From the sequence record MH752840.1: a stretch of 64,000 nucleotides of DNA; one strand, given 5' to 3'. Position 1 is the stretch's first letter. Every line of letters starts with the position of its first letter. The position numbers and the translations under genes were made by a program. Shown piece after piece: positions 55,860 to 63,895 of the stretch. The notes beneath the pieces are model-generated. The model did not search any database. It worked only from the letters and a program-made list of their open reading frames with translations, and was not told the origin of the DNA. Source of the stretch: Escherichia phage vB_EcoM-Pr121LW.

Positions 55860-56483
55860 ATGACCACCGTTAACATTACCACAGGTTACAATTTATCTTT
55901 CGACGTGCTGACCGACGAACAAAAAGAAAAAGCCGTTGAAATGGTCCGCGAAAGAGAAGAACACAGCGGGGATAACTTTTTTGCAGAAAGTGTAATTGAA
56001 TACTATAAAGAATATGTTTTTCCAGAGTACGGGCTTGAAGATACAGATGTACATTGGTCCGGCTTTTGGTGCCAGGGCGACGGCGCGTCAATTAGCGCTG
56101 AAAATGTAAACTTAGAAAAATTCTTGCGTAAAGTCAAGTCTTTGACTAAATTCCGCTCAATTCGTCACTTGTTCGGCACAATGCACGATGGCGAGCTATC
56201 CGCAAGCGTTGAGCGTATCCCGTTTAGCCATTATCACCACGAAAACACAATAGGCGGGTGCATCGATACCAATTGGCTAGACCTGACCACCAAGCAAGAG
56301 GATAAAGTTGAAGAGCTGGAAGAGCTGATCACCGAGACGGTACGGGAGCTATCCCGCAAGGTTTACGTAGACCTGGAGCAAGCCTATCTTGAACAATTCA
56401 CTACCGAAAACCTGATCGGCCTTATCGAGGCCAATGATTGGCGGTTTGATGTGGATGAATATGGCGAGATGACTTTTTCATAA
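55860..56483 (+). CDS. acidic hypothetical protein (207 aa)
   Basis: CAGGAG SD; Asp/Glu-rich. Confidence 0.55.
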   Translation: MTTVNITTGYNLSFDVLTDEQKEKAVEMVREREEHSGDNFFAESVIEYYKEYVFPEYGLEDTDVHWSGFWCQGDGASISAENVNLEKFLRKVKSLTKFRSIRHLFGTMHDGELSASVERIPFSHYHHENTIGGCIDTNWLDLTTKQEDKVEELEELITETVRELSRKVYVDLEQAYLEQFTTENLIGLIEANDWRFDVDEYGEMTFS

Positions 56484-56491
56484 ATAAAGTG

Positions 56492-56519
56492 TTGCAATAA
56501 CCTAAAAACCTGCTATATT
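56492..56519 (+). promoter_or_regulatory. sigma70-like promoter TTGCAA-16-TATATT
   Basis: -35 at 56492-56497, -10 at 56514-56519; leader hairpin G6CAA…TTGC7 at 56529-56551. Confidence 0.5.
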
Positions 56520-56576
56520 AAAACTCAAGGGGGGCAAGACGTTTGCCCCCCCACACAAAACAAAGAGGAAAACATC

Positions 56577-56957
56577 ATGAAAAACACTACTAAAGCTATT
56601 GACACCGTCATGTTTAACCTGGTTACCTTTCGCGAGGATATGAAAGATCTTCCACGTGAAACAGTGTGCGATCACATTGAAAACTATCGCAAACTAATCA
56701 AAGAGTTGCCTTTAAAACGTGACCAGTATGCGGCTAACGCTATGCTCAACGCCATGATCAAAAAGATGATTCAGTGTGATTTAACCATGGCCTATGATTA
56801 TGCAGGTGGTCGTTTTGCAGTATACAATCAGCCCGTGCCTGGTATGGGCACCACCGAAGAATTGCACGCGCTCAATCTAAAACAAGACGTGTGGGATAGT
56901 ATGCCCCGCGTGGTGGTGTGGGCAGAAAGCGGAAAGATTTACGGCGATAATTTTTAA
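56577..56957 (+). CDS. hypothetical protein
   Basis: 126 aa; AAGAGGAAAACATCATG context. Confidence 0.55.
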   Translation: MKNTTKAIDTVMFNLVTFREDMKDLPRETVCDHIENYRKLIKELPLKRDQYAANAMLNAMIKKMIQCDLTMAYDYAGGRFAVYNQPVPGMGTTEELHALNLKQDVWDSMPRVVVWAESGKIYGDNF

Positions 56958-56966
56958 TCAGGTAAC

Positions 56967-56992
56967 AGGCGGCATATTTGCCGCCTTATTGT
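56967..56992 (+). terminator. candidate terminator AGGCGGCA-TATT-TGCCGCCT
   Basis: 8-bp stem, then TATTGTT (weak T-run). Confidence 0.45.
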
Positions 56993-57021
56993 TAAACAGA
57001 ACTGCAAAAGAGGTACATAGA

Positions 57022-57393
57022 ATGGAATTTATTATTTTGGCTGTATTGGTTGCCTTGTTTAACGCCTGGATCGCTGGCAAGATAGGTAGATCCGCCTTTT
57101 TATGGTTTATTATATCTATTTTCCTGGGGGTGGTTGCAACTATTGTATTGGTTATCCTTGCAATTGTTGACAAGGGGAATAATAGAAAGGGTAAAGTATT
57201 TTCAGACCTGTACGACGCTCAAACGTTTGTCAACGCCTATTATAGTGATCTTCCAGTCTCCCTACGCTGCAGCCTGGCACAACAGGTTTTTGATGAGGCT
57301 AAAACCAGAGATCAAGCCCACGAGATATGTTTAACTGAGGCGGATCGCCTATTTGAGAGGAATAGAAAATATGTGGGCCAACCGTTTAAATAA
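57022..57393 (+). CDS. small membrane protein (two predicted TM helices)
   Basis: ORF track 56989; ATG 57022 after AAGAGG preferred. Confidence 0.5.
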   Translation: MEFIILAVLVALFNAWIAGKIGRSAFLWFIISIFLGVVATIVLVILAIVDKGNNRKGKVFSDLYDAQTFVNAYYSDLPVSLRCSLAQQVFDEAKTRDQAHEICLTEADRLFERNRKYVGQPFK

Positions 57394-57503
57394 TGCCACG
57401 TTAATTAATCCCTTTAGTGAAGATTTGAAGCCAGCCGCCTGGCGTGACGGATTCAATAACGAACGCTTTATTTTCAGGCCTGATCTTGAGGAATTTTATA
57501 ACA

Positions 57504-57629
57504 ATGGATCGAACAACAGCGGAGATAATTTTTCTTGTGGTGTGCGTCGTGATAGGACTCCTGGGGGCCATTGTAAACCACGTCACTACTACCAGAAGGA
57601 AAGGGGGAGACGATGACAACCAAGGATAA
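57504..57629 (+). CDS. small membrane peptide (41 aa)
   Basis: ATG 57504 after GAGGA; TM helix IIFLVVCVVIGLLGAIV then charged tail; conflicts with alternative frame 57371..57616. Confidence 0.35.
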   Translation: MDRTTAEIIFLVVCVVIGLLGAIVNHVTTTRRKGGDDDNQG

Positions 57630-57732
57630 GCCCAGCACCGATAAGGTGCGCCGGGTTATGGTATGGCTGGAGATCATCGCCCTTGAAATATTGTTAGGCG
57701 TAGGGATGTACTTTATCGCTGTAAGTAACTAA
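57613..57732 (+). CDS. small membrane peptide (39 aa, not in ORF track)
   Basis: AAAGGGGGAG SD; TM helix VMVWLEIIALEILLGVGMYFIAV; followed by terminator. Confidence 0.4.
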   Translation: MTTKDKPSTDKVRRVMVWLEIIALEILLGVGMYFIAVSN

Positions 57733-57737
57733 GAACG

Positions 57738-57766
57738 GCCCCCGATCATGGGGGCTTATCTTTTTA
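57738..57766 (+). terminator. rho-independent terminator GCCCCC-GATCAT-GGGGGC plus T-run
   Basis: 6-bp GC stem followed by TTATCTTTTT. Confidence 0.75.
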
Positions 57767-57787
57767 AAAAATTTTTCTTCCAGGGTG

Positions 57788-57815
57788 TTGCAATCCGGTC
57801 CGGAATGTGGATAAT
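57788..57815 (+). promoter_or_regulatory. sigma70-like promoter TTGCAA-16-GATAAT
   Basis: -35 at 57788-57793, -10 at 57810-57815. Confidence 0.5.
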
Positions 57816-57871
57816 GACAATCAACGGGGAGCTAATCCCCACCAACACAAAAACCAGAAAGGAGAAACAAA

Positions 57872-58072
57872 ATGAGCAACAATATCCGCGTTATTAACTT
57901 CAAAAAAGAAGAAAAAATTGCCGTGCTGATTGACGGTCAAGAAATCTTCAAGGGCGACTATGAAGATCATCAAACGGCGATTAGTATCACTCGCGTGATT
58001 GGTTACCATAATTTTTACCCCCAAGGCGCTGAGGCAGCGATTAAACGAATCAAAGAGATTGTAGGCCTGTAA
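57872..58072 (+). CDS. hypothetical protein
   Basis: 66 aa; AAAGGAG SD. Confidence 0.55.
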   Translation: MSNNIRVINFKKEEKIAVLIDGQEIFKGDYEDHQTAISITRVIGYHNFYPQGAEAAIKRIKEIVGL

Positions 58073-58073
58073 A

Positions 58074-58121
58074 ATTTATTTTTAGATGGCCTTGACTCCA
58101 GGGCCATCAATAAAGTAAATT
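58074..58121 (+). repeat. 45-bp repeated element copy 3 (promoter in inverted repeat)
   Basis: -35 TTGACT 58092-58097 between GATGGCC 58085-58091 and GGCCATC 58102-58108; -10 TAAATT 58116-58121. Confidence 0.75.
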
Positions 58122-58165
58122 TAAACCCTGTTAAAATACCACGCAGTTAACAAGGAGTGATAGAC

Positions 58166-58465
58166 ATGTTTATCCAGGCTAATAATCTTTATTTCTTTGA
58201 TGGTCAGATCGTAGATGGTGTGGAAGTGGAGATCACCGGGTGCCCTGGCGGTCAGGCTATGACTTTTCGGAATAATGCCTTTAATGATTCTCATATCGTT
58301 ATGAGAATGGAAGTTACGAAGCTGGATGACAAGAAAACACTTATTGACTATTCTGTGAAAGATCATCCAGACTACCACATGATCCATGGTGATTTGTGCA
58401 CTGTTGACCGTGACAAGGTGGGCGGCATCGTGATCGCTATTGTGAACGATGTTTTCTCAAACTAA
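58166..58465 (+). CDS. hypothetical protein
   Basis: ORF track 58157; ATG 58166 after AAGGAG preferred. Confidence 0.5.
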   Translation: MFIQANNLYFFDGQIVDGVEVEITGCPGGQAMTFRNNAFNDSHIVMRMEVTKLDDKKTLIDYSVKDHPDYHMIHGDLCTVDRDKVGGIVIAIVNDVFSN

Positions 58466-58482
58466 TTTCAACAGGTGATTTT

Positions 58483-58833
58483 ATGAAAGTTAAATTATAT
58501 TACCTTAATGAGCTTAACCCCCTTGCCCAGGTCCGCGCCCTAGCTAATACCTTGATTTGTGAGAAATCTGTATATTGTGTTGAGCTTAACGCTATGCGTG
58601 AACGTCTCAAAGGTGGTTACTTTAACATCCATGCTGCAATCAACGGCCTGAATATGGAATTTATCCGTTTACGTAACAGCCGCCGGAATCTGGCAAGAAT
58701 GGAACAAGATCCGGCCCACCTTCGTAAGCTGGTTATTGAAAATCATCTGATGTTTAATGCCGAGGGTGATTATTACCATTTTCACCGCAAACGCTGGTAC
58801 CGTGGCGGCAATACAGGCAAGAATGCAAAATAA
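58483..58833 (+). CDS. hypothetical basic protein
   Basis: 116 aa. Confidence 0.5.
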   Translation: MKVKLYYLNELNPLAQVRALANTLICEKSVYCVELNAMRERLKGGYFNIHAAINGLNMEFIRLRNSRRNLARMEQDPAHLRKLVIENHLMFNAEGDYYHFHRKRWYRGGNTGKNAK

Positions 58834-58870
58834 GGCCCCAGGCAGGGCCTACAGCGACCTAAACACTAGC

Positions 58871-58902
58871 AGGCTATGCAATCGCATAGCCTTTATTGTT
58901 TT
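58871..58902 (+). terminator. rho-independent terminator AGGCTATGC-AATC-GCATAGCCT plus T-run
   Basis: 9-bp stem followed by TTATTGTTTT; a second hairpin AGGCCC-CAGGCA-GGGCCT lies at 58833-58850. Confidence 0.7.
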
Positions 58903-58949
58903 GACGTTACAACGGCCCTAAGGCGCTTAAAAAATTTTTAAAGAAGTAC

Positions 58950-58977
58950 TTGCATCATTCCCGACAATATGGATAAT
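58950..58977 (+). promoter_or_regulatory. sigma70-like promoter TTGCAT-16-GATAAT
   Basis: -35 at 58950-58955, -10 at 58972-58977. Confidence 0.5.
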
Positions 58978-59035
58978 AAGAGTTGTCGAGGGGGGAGGCC
59001 CCCAATCATTGACCAGATAGATAGGAGTTAAAATC

Positions 59036-59320
59036 ATGGCTATTGTTACCGCTGGCGATGTAGTAGAAATGGAAGCAAAATACTTAAAAGAGGGTATGCA
59101 TATCCTACGGAATGATCAAGAGTTATTATTAACGATGGTTGACTATAATCCCGGCCAGGATTATCCAAGCATCGACTACTTTTTTGAGTATGTTAATGAA
59201 GAGTTGAAAGAGGATGAGGCCTACTGCGGTGAGTTCTGCAACTTCTTTTGTCCTGATGAGGTTGTAAAGGTTATTTATCAACCTGGCGTAGCTTTCCCGC
59301 TGCACGCTATCAATAAATAA
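59036..59320 (+). CDS. acidic hypothetical protein
   Basis: 94 aa; TAGGAG SD. Confidence 0.55.
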   Translation: MAIVTAGDVVEMEAKYLKEGMHILRNDQELLLTMVDYNPGQDYPSIDYFFEYVNEELKEDEAYCGEFCNFFCPDEVVKVIYQPGVAFPLHAINK

Positions 59321-59384
59321 ACCTGGCGGGGCCGAAAAGGCCCCTACAGCATAAAATTATGAAAATAAAGAGAGGTAAATCATC

Positions 59385-59618
59385 ATGATGGAACAAATTA
59401 AACGCACCGAGGCTATTAATGGCAATGTGATCTATTTTGTTAGCAAAAACGAAAAAGGCGTACCATATGCGGCGGTAATAGTACAACCTGACGGCGATTA
59501 TTGGTTTACTGTGTACGGCGCTTATTCTTTTGGGCGTCCAGTGCATGATAAAATTTTGAAAGTAGCGAACCCTACCGGGAAGAATATCACAGCAGAAAAA
59601 TTTTTTGAAAATAGTTGA
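59385..59618 (+). CDS. hypothetical protein
   Basis: 77 aa; AGAGAGG SD; ACCTGGCGGGGCC motif and GGGGCC…GGCCCC hairpin in leader. Confidence 0.5.
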   Translation: MMEQIKRTEAINGNVIYFVSKNEKGVPYAAVIVQPDGDYWFTVYGAYSFGRPVHDKILKVANPTGKNITAEKFFENS

Positions 59619-59642
59619 CATGACCATATAAAACTGTAATAT
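59615..59642 (+). promoter_or_regulatory. sigma70 promoter TTGACA-16-TAATAT
   Basis: -35 at 59615-59620 overlaps upstream stop; -10 at 59637-59642. Confidence 0.55.
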
Positions 59643-59693
59643 ATAAATCAAAGGGAGCAACAAGCCCCACCAACCACAAAGAGGATAAAAATC

Positions 59694-59873
59694 ATGGCTA
59701 TTATTGCAAAGACCGAGATCGTAGGCTTAGATTCTATTCTCCTCGCATATGAGGAAGCTATAGAAATGTATGTGGTTTCCTATGGTGAGTATATCCGTGA
59801 ATATGAATCTATTGATCTAGCTTTTGAATGTTATATTCGCCAGGTTAATAAAGCGTACGATGATTATCGTTAA
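59694..59873 (+). CDS. small acidic hypothetical protein (59 aa, not in ORF track)
   Basis: AAGAGGATAAAAATCATG start context identical to other array genes. Confidence 0.45.
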   Translation: MAIIAKTEIVGLDSILLAYEEAIEMYVVSYGEYIREYESIDLAFECYIRQVNKAYDDYR

Positions 59874-59965
59874 AATAGTTTGACAACAAACAACCATCTA
59901 ACAAAGCATAATACATAAGGTGGTAGAATGATCCGCCACCCCGGAACAAAGAAGAGGTAAACATC

Positions 59966-60211
59966 ATGAAAAGCAATAAAGGTTATAACGGTTACAAAAA
60001 CAAAACTCATTGGAATGTAAGCCTTTGGATTAATAACGATGAGTCATTGTACCGGTTGGCCCAAGGCTTTATTAACGCTAATGCTAATCGTAATGATGCG
60101 GCGCGGGATATGATGCTTTTTCTGGAGCTAACCGGACAAGATAAGACCCCGGACGGCTTCAAGTACAGCACTACGGCGATCCGTGCCGCGATGGTTGGAA
60201 TGAAACACTAA
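59966..60211 (+). CDS. hypothetical protein
   Basis: 81 aa; AAGAGG SD; leader hairpin GGTGG…CCACC. Confidence 0.55.
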   Translation: MKSNKGYNGYKNKTHWNVSLWINNDESLYRLAQGFINANANRNDAARDMMLFLELTGQDKTPDGFKYSTTAIRAAMVGMKH

Positions 60212-60288
60212 AAGCACATAGCCGCCTTACCCTGGGGCTGTGGTAGCGGCCCCATGAATAAGGTTACTAACAGAAGAGAATAAACACC

Positions 60289-60393
60289 ATGAAACAGAAA
60301 TTAATCGATGCAGTGATCTTGATTATTGCCCTGGGTATTGGCCTGATTGCAACCATGTCTAATATGATCTTGTCTTCCAACGGTATCGGGTGA
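60289..60393 (+). CDS. small hydrophobic peptide (34 aa, not in ORF track)
   Basis: TM-like AVILIIALGIGLIATM; weak SD GAAGAG. Confidence 0.3.
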   Translation: MKQKLIDAVILIIALGIGLIATMSNMILSSNGIG

Positions 60394-60402
60394 GGTTGGC
60401 AA

Positions 60403-60618
60403 ATGATCACTAACAAAACGGGCAAAACAGAATTTTTACGCAACTTACAGATCGGCAAGCCTGAGATCTGGTACTGCACTAAAACACCGCGTGACGAAAT
60501 GAAAGACTTCACCGCCACGCTGCAACGGGTAAAGATATCTATCACGCAGAAAAAGGCCTTACTAGTGGTGGAAGGGGAGATCCCCCAAACCGTTGTTATA
60601 GTTGAGCGTACCGCATAG
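60403..60618 (+). CDS. hypothetical protein
   Basis: 71 aa. Confidence 0.45.
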   Translation: MITNKTGKTEFLRNLQIGKPEIWYCTKTPRDEMKDFTATLQRVKISITQKKALLVVEGEIPQTVVIVERTA

Positions 60619-60709
60619 TTTAATTTATACCGATACCCGAAAATTAACCAACAAATCATAAACAGGCGGTTACCGCCGCCTTAAACGTAGCAGAAAGAGG
60701 ATAGGCACA

Positions 60710-61000
60710 ATGAAAAAGATGATCGCAGTGGTTGCCCTGGTTGTTGGACTTAGTGCGCCTGCAATGGCTAATGAGCTGGCAAAAGAGGTTAATCTAACGG
60801 ATATTCATGCCGTCAATCGAATCGGGGTTACTTATCGCTTATGCCTTGCCACTAAAACTTTTAGTGACGGTACAACAGAGTACTACGGATTCGAGGGTAT
60901 CCGGTGCGGTGAACTTGCTCGCGACCTTAAGGAAGATCCAGACCTGGAAGATTTGCCGATGACGGTAAACGGTAAAGCTTACGTAAACCGCCAACAATAA
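60710..61000 (+). CDS. secreted/periplasmic small protein
   Basis: 96 aa; signal peptide MKKMIAVVALVVGLSAPAMA; AAGAGGATAGG SD. Confidence 0.55.
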   Translation: MKKMIAVVALVVGLSAPAMANELAKEVNLTDIHAVNRIGVTYRLCLATKTFSDGTTEYYGFEGIRCGELARDLKEDPDLEDLPMTVNGKAYVNRQQ

Positions 61001-61016
61001 GTAAGGGAGATGTAAA

Positions 61017-61208
61017 ATGAATACTGAACAAGTTAGAAAGGTATTGGCGGTACTGCGTTATCATAATCATAGAAAGGTCATAGACGATCCTGATTATGTT
61101 GATTCAAGCCTGGAAGAGGATACACTACAAGCTATAAGTAACATGCACGAATTGCTAAAGCGCATGACAGAGAAAAACCGACCTGACTACATAGGGGGTA
61201 AAATATGA
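61017..61208 (+). CDS. hypothetical protein
   Basis: 63 aa; AAGGGAG SD. Confidence 0.5.
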   Translation: MNTEQVRKVLAVLRYHNHRKVIDDPDYVDSSLEEDTLQAISNMHELLKRMTEKNRPDYIGGKI

Positions 61209-61516
61209 TCGCTATTACGCCAACCGTTTTAGATTGGTATCGGCAACGTATAGCGCCACCGCTGGCTATCTTCAAAGATGCGGAAGCAAAACAACGCCGG
61301 ATCTCAATACATGAGATCATCAACCTTAACGCTGGAGGCACACCATACCGCCCAGGACCTGGCCGTGAGATGGACAATACATTGGCGATCCTGAAGATAC
61401 GCCGTAAACGGTCCTCCCTTACGCTGGATTCATTACACACAATGCAGTCTCCGTTCCAGGTGACTGGGAAACGGATCGCCAGGTCCTGGACAAAGGCCAA
61501 TGACCGGACCGTATAA
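61205..61516 (+). CDS. hypothetical protein
   Basis: 103 aa; ATGA overlap with upstream gene. Confidence 0.5.
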   Translation: MIAITPTVLDWYRQRIAPPLAIFKDAEAKQRRISIHEIINLNAGGTPYRPGPGREMDNTLAILKIRRKRSSLTLDSLHTMQSPFQVTGKRIARSWTKANDRTV

Positions 61517-61603
61517 ATAAAAAGTGTTTTGGTACTGATTTTGGGGTTGACTTGTTCGGCCCCTTTTGCTATTCTTATTAAACGGGCGGCACTTGGGAAC
61601 AGG

Positions 61604-61626
61604 GGGAGACAATCACCAGGCCTGCC
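61604..61626 (-). repeat. GC-rich 23-bp element, inverted copy C (reverse complement GGCAGGCCTGGTGATTGTCTCCC)
   Basis: 22/23 identical to copy A at 51947-51969 in opposite orientation. Confidence 0.8.
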
Positions 61627-61651
61627 TGTCATATAAGAACTATAAAAACCG

Positions 61652-61680
61652 TTGACATCTGCCATGGGGTGGGGTAACAT
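61652..61680 (+). promoter_or_regulatory. sigma70-like promoter TTGACA-17-TAACAT
   Basis: -35 at 61652-61657, -10 at 61675-61680; leader hairpin GGGCA…TGCCC at 61691-61704. Confidence 0.55.
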
Positions 61681-61733
61681 TATCTTGAAGGGGCAAAGGT
61701 GCCCACACAACAACCAGAAGAGAGGAAAACACT

Positions 61734-62006
61734 ATGTCAAGCTGGATTAATCAAGAAGTCGAATCACGTTTTAATGCTATTTGGGATCTCATCGAAAAAG
61801 AAGACGGCACATCAAGCCCCTACCTCAACAATTTGGAATTCCATTTTGTGGAAGCGATGAACGCAGAACATGATCACGAAGGTGGTGCGGACGAGTTCGC
61901 TAAAGGGTATGGCTTCAACAATGCCAATGAAATGATCGAGGCGGTTGTGCTCCAGGCTGAGGAAGATTATCAATTAAAAACGCTTGAATTCTGCCGCCGT
62001 AAGTAA
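61734..62006 (+). CDS. acidic hypothetical protein
   Basis: 90 aa; AGAGAGGAAAACACTATG context. Confidence 0.55.
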   Translation: MSSWINQEVESRFNAIWDLIEKEDGTSSPYLNNLEFHFVEAMNAEHDHEGGADEFAKGYGFNNANEMIEAVVLQAEEDYQLKTLEFCRRK

Positions 62007-62066
62007 TAAGATAATGACACGGGCCGGGAGGCCCACTAATCAGAACCACACAAAGAGGTAAACATC

Positions 62067-62330
62067 ATGAAACGTCTTGATCAGCTTAAACTAGTTCAGT
62101 ACATGGCCTACAAAGTTCTTGAAGTCCAAAAAGGTAGCAAAAAAGAGGTTTGCGAGAAAGCATATAAGATCTTTACCCGTAAAAAAGATGATTGGATGTT
62201 ACGCCAGACTAAAAAAGCCGATATCTTGGGGTACCTGGAAGAAGAGATCCGACTTGAAGAGCAAGAAGAGATCCGTCGCAGTGAGGCAGATTATCAGGCA
62301 GCTTGGGAAAACTGGATGAGTAACAAATAA
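62067..62330 (+). CDS. hypothetical protein (Lys/Glu-rich)
   Basis: 87 aa; AAAGAGG SD. Confidence 0.55.
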   Translation: MKRLDQLKLVQYMAYKVLEVQKGSKKEVCEKAYKIFTRKKDDWMLRQTKKADILGYLEEEIRLEEQEEIRRSEADYQAAWENWMSNK

Positions 62331-62397
62331 TACAACAAGTTACATGGTCAGGGGGCAATAAAGCCCCTTGATCGCATAAAAATTATGCCATCCTTGG

Positions 62398-62426
62398 TTG
62401 ACATGGATCGGCAGTTTTGCTATATT
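62398..62426 (+). promoter_or_regulatory. sigma70 promoter TTGACA-17-TATATT
   Basis: -35 at 62398-62403, -10 at 62421-62426. Confidence 0.6.
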
Positions 62427-62475
62427 CTTTTTTGAAGGGAAGTTGTAAGAAAATTAACTAAGAGGTAAAAACACC

Positions 62476-62895
62476 ATGAACATCAAATCTAATAATCCGG
62501 CATATAGCTTTGATAACGCTTTTTGTCACGGTCCGGCGGCGAAAGGATTCGAAATCGATGGTAAACTAATTATTGTCAATGTTGACGGGGAAGAGGTTGC
62601 AGTATATCCGGTGGCAGACGTAAAAAGCCGTTTGCAATGCCGCATGGATGTTACCGCCTATCAGCTTGATCCGGTCCGCATAGTTGCCCTGGTCCTGGAA
62701 GAAGAAATTAAAGCCATGCACCATAGCAACAGGTTTATTGGTGACGCACAGGATAATATGAAGGTATGCCGCCATAAAGTTAATGAAGTGCTTAAAGAAT
62801 ATGGCTTTAAAGATCTGATGATCAAACGTGAGGAAAAATTCCGCTACCGTAACGACCTGGCAAATCGAATCTATGAAATATACGAATCATTATAA
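62476..62895 (+). CDS. hypothetical protein
   Basis: 139 aa; AAGAGG SD. Confidence 0.55.
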   Translation: MNIKSNNPAYSFDNAFCHGPAAKGFEIDGKLIIVNVDGEEVAVYPVADVKSRLQCRMDVTAYQLDPVRIVALVLEEEIKAMHHSNRFIGDAQDNMKVCRHKVNEVLKEYGFKDLMIKREEKFRYRNDLANRIYEIYESL

Positions 62896-62913
62896 TTTCT
62901 TAACTAAACTATC

Positions 62914-62942
62914 AGGGGCTTTAAAAGGCCCCTTTCTTTTTG
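62914..62942 (+). terminator. rho-independent terminator AGGGGC…GCCCCT plus T-run
   Basis: 6-bp stem followed by TTCTTTTTG; last terminator before noncoding end region. Confidence 0.7.
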
Positions 62943-63549
62943 TCTGTATTTCTCCTACCACAAACGGCCCCACCTGGCAAGTGGAATAATTGACTAGCCA
63001 TCAATCCCACACACTGTACAAATATACATGTAAAATAGCTATTGCATAATCTTTCATTGTGTGGTAGCAGGGCCATTTTTACACGTTTTTCCTTCCAAAA
63101 TTGCACGTAATGCAGCTATTGCACAAAATTTAACCTGATGCATATCTTCAGTGTCCTGTCAACAACTAAAAATCTTTATAAGTCATACACTTACACAACC
63201 ACAAAAGCGTGTTCTACGTGAAAAATCGGGTATAACTATAGCCACTAAATTCCAGAATTCACGTAGCGTCACCATTCTATAGTCTGCTAAGCATTTATTC
63301 CAACCATAGAATAACGGAATAGTCAATACCTGCATAAAATAATTATTCGTTTAAACTGCATAACATAAATCAGCCAGGGTGTCAACATTTTTCGTAAACA
63401 GTCAGAAATTGTCACGGTTAGTTATCATAAACAGAGAAATATTTAGTTGTCTAATGTTTACTGTACATTACTATATTGACTGGAATCATTAGATGACTAA
63501 GAGAAAGATAAGAAATAATTAACAATACAACTATTTTATCCGTAACAAT

Positions 63550-63743
63550 AAGGCAACTATGCAAACGAATGGCATGGCGCGACGGAGTCGCGACATAATA
63601 TAAAAGCAGTAACCATCACCCCCGTGATAGTTTGTCTGCAAACTATTAATCAGATCATAGTTGCCTTGTATTTAGTTAATCATGACATAACAAGCAAGGC
63701 AACTATAGATCTGCTAATAGTTGCCCTGCTTTTATATTATGTC
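63550..63743. repeat. palindrome/iteron cluster: four copies of AAGGCAACTAT in alternating orientation, 18-bp inverted repeat pair, CGCGAC-GGA-GTCGCG palindrome
   Basis: Sites at 63550, 63657(rc), 63696, 63717(rc); GACATAATATAAAAGCAG at 63592-63609 and its reverse complement at 63726-63743. Confidence 0.8.
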
Positions 63744-63836
63744 ATATATTATTAACCTGTTAATTGTCAGCTTATTGGCTGTTAGCTTGTCAATTGTTAA
63801 CTTGCTAATTGTTTTCATGCAAACGAATGTCATGGC
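63559..63836. repeat. 20-bp direct repeat ATGCAAACGAATG(G/T)CATGGC (two copies)
   Basis: Copies at 63559-63578 and 63817-63836. Confidence 0.8.
63757..63815. repeat. short tandem AT-rich repeats (TTAATTGTCAGC / TTGTCAATTGTTAAC / TTGCTAATTGTT)
   Basis: Four imperfect 12-15 bp units in tandem. Confidence 0.6.
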
Positions 63837-63849
63837 TTATCATCTTTGT

Positions 63850-63895
63850 GTAAACTGTCAAGGTGTAAACTATCCAGGCGTAAACAGTCTATGCA
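63850..63895. repeat. three tandem GTAAAC-containing ~15-bp units
   Basis: GTAAACTGTCAAGG / GTAAACTATCCAGG / GTAAACAGTCTATGCAGG. Confidence 0.6.

Noticed and set aside
57371-57616. Alternative-frame ORF (track 57353..57616, 87 aa)
   Set aside because: Overlaps the better-supported 41-aa membrane peptide frame (57504..57629), has low-complexity Arg/Gly-rich sequence and a weaker start context; cannot be excluded entirely.
59880-59912. TTGACA-containing promoter candidate upstream of gene 59966
   Set aside because: The best -10-like hexamers give spacers of 13 or 21 nt, outside the functional range; a promoter probably exists nearby but cannot be placed confidently.
61132-61713. 193-aa minus-strand ORF
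   Set aside because: Antisense to the tightly packed + strand genes 61017..61516 and spanning the GC-rich repeat copy C; its length comes from GC-rich repeat sequence (it shares the peptide TGRPGDCLP with another repeat-derived ORF) and it has no convincing SD.
63757-63895. Short tandem repeats considered as a CRISPR-like array
   Set aside because: Units are only 12-15 bp, imperfect, and lack regular repeat-spacer alternation; they look like protein-binding iterons.
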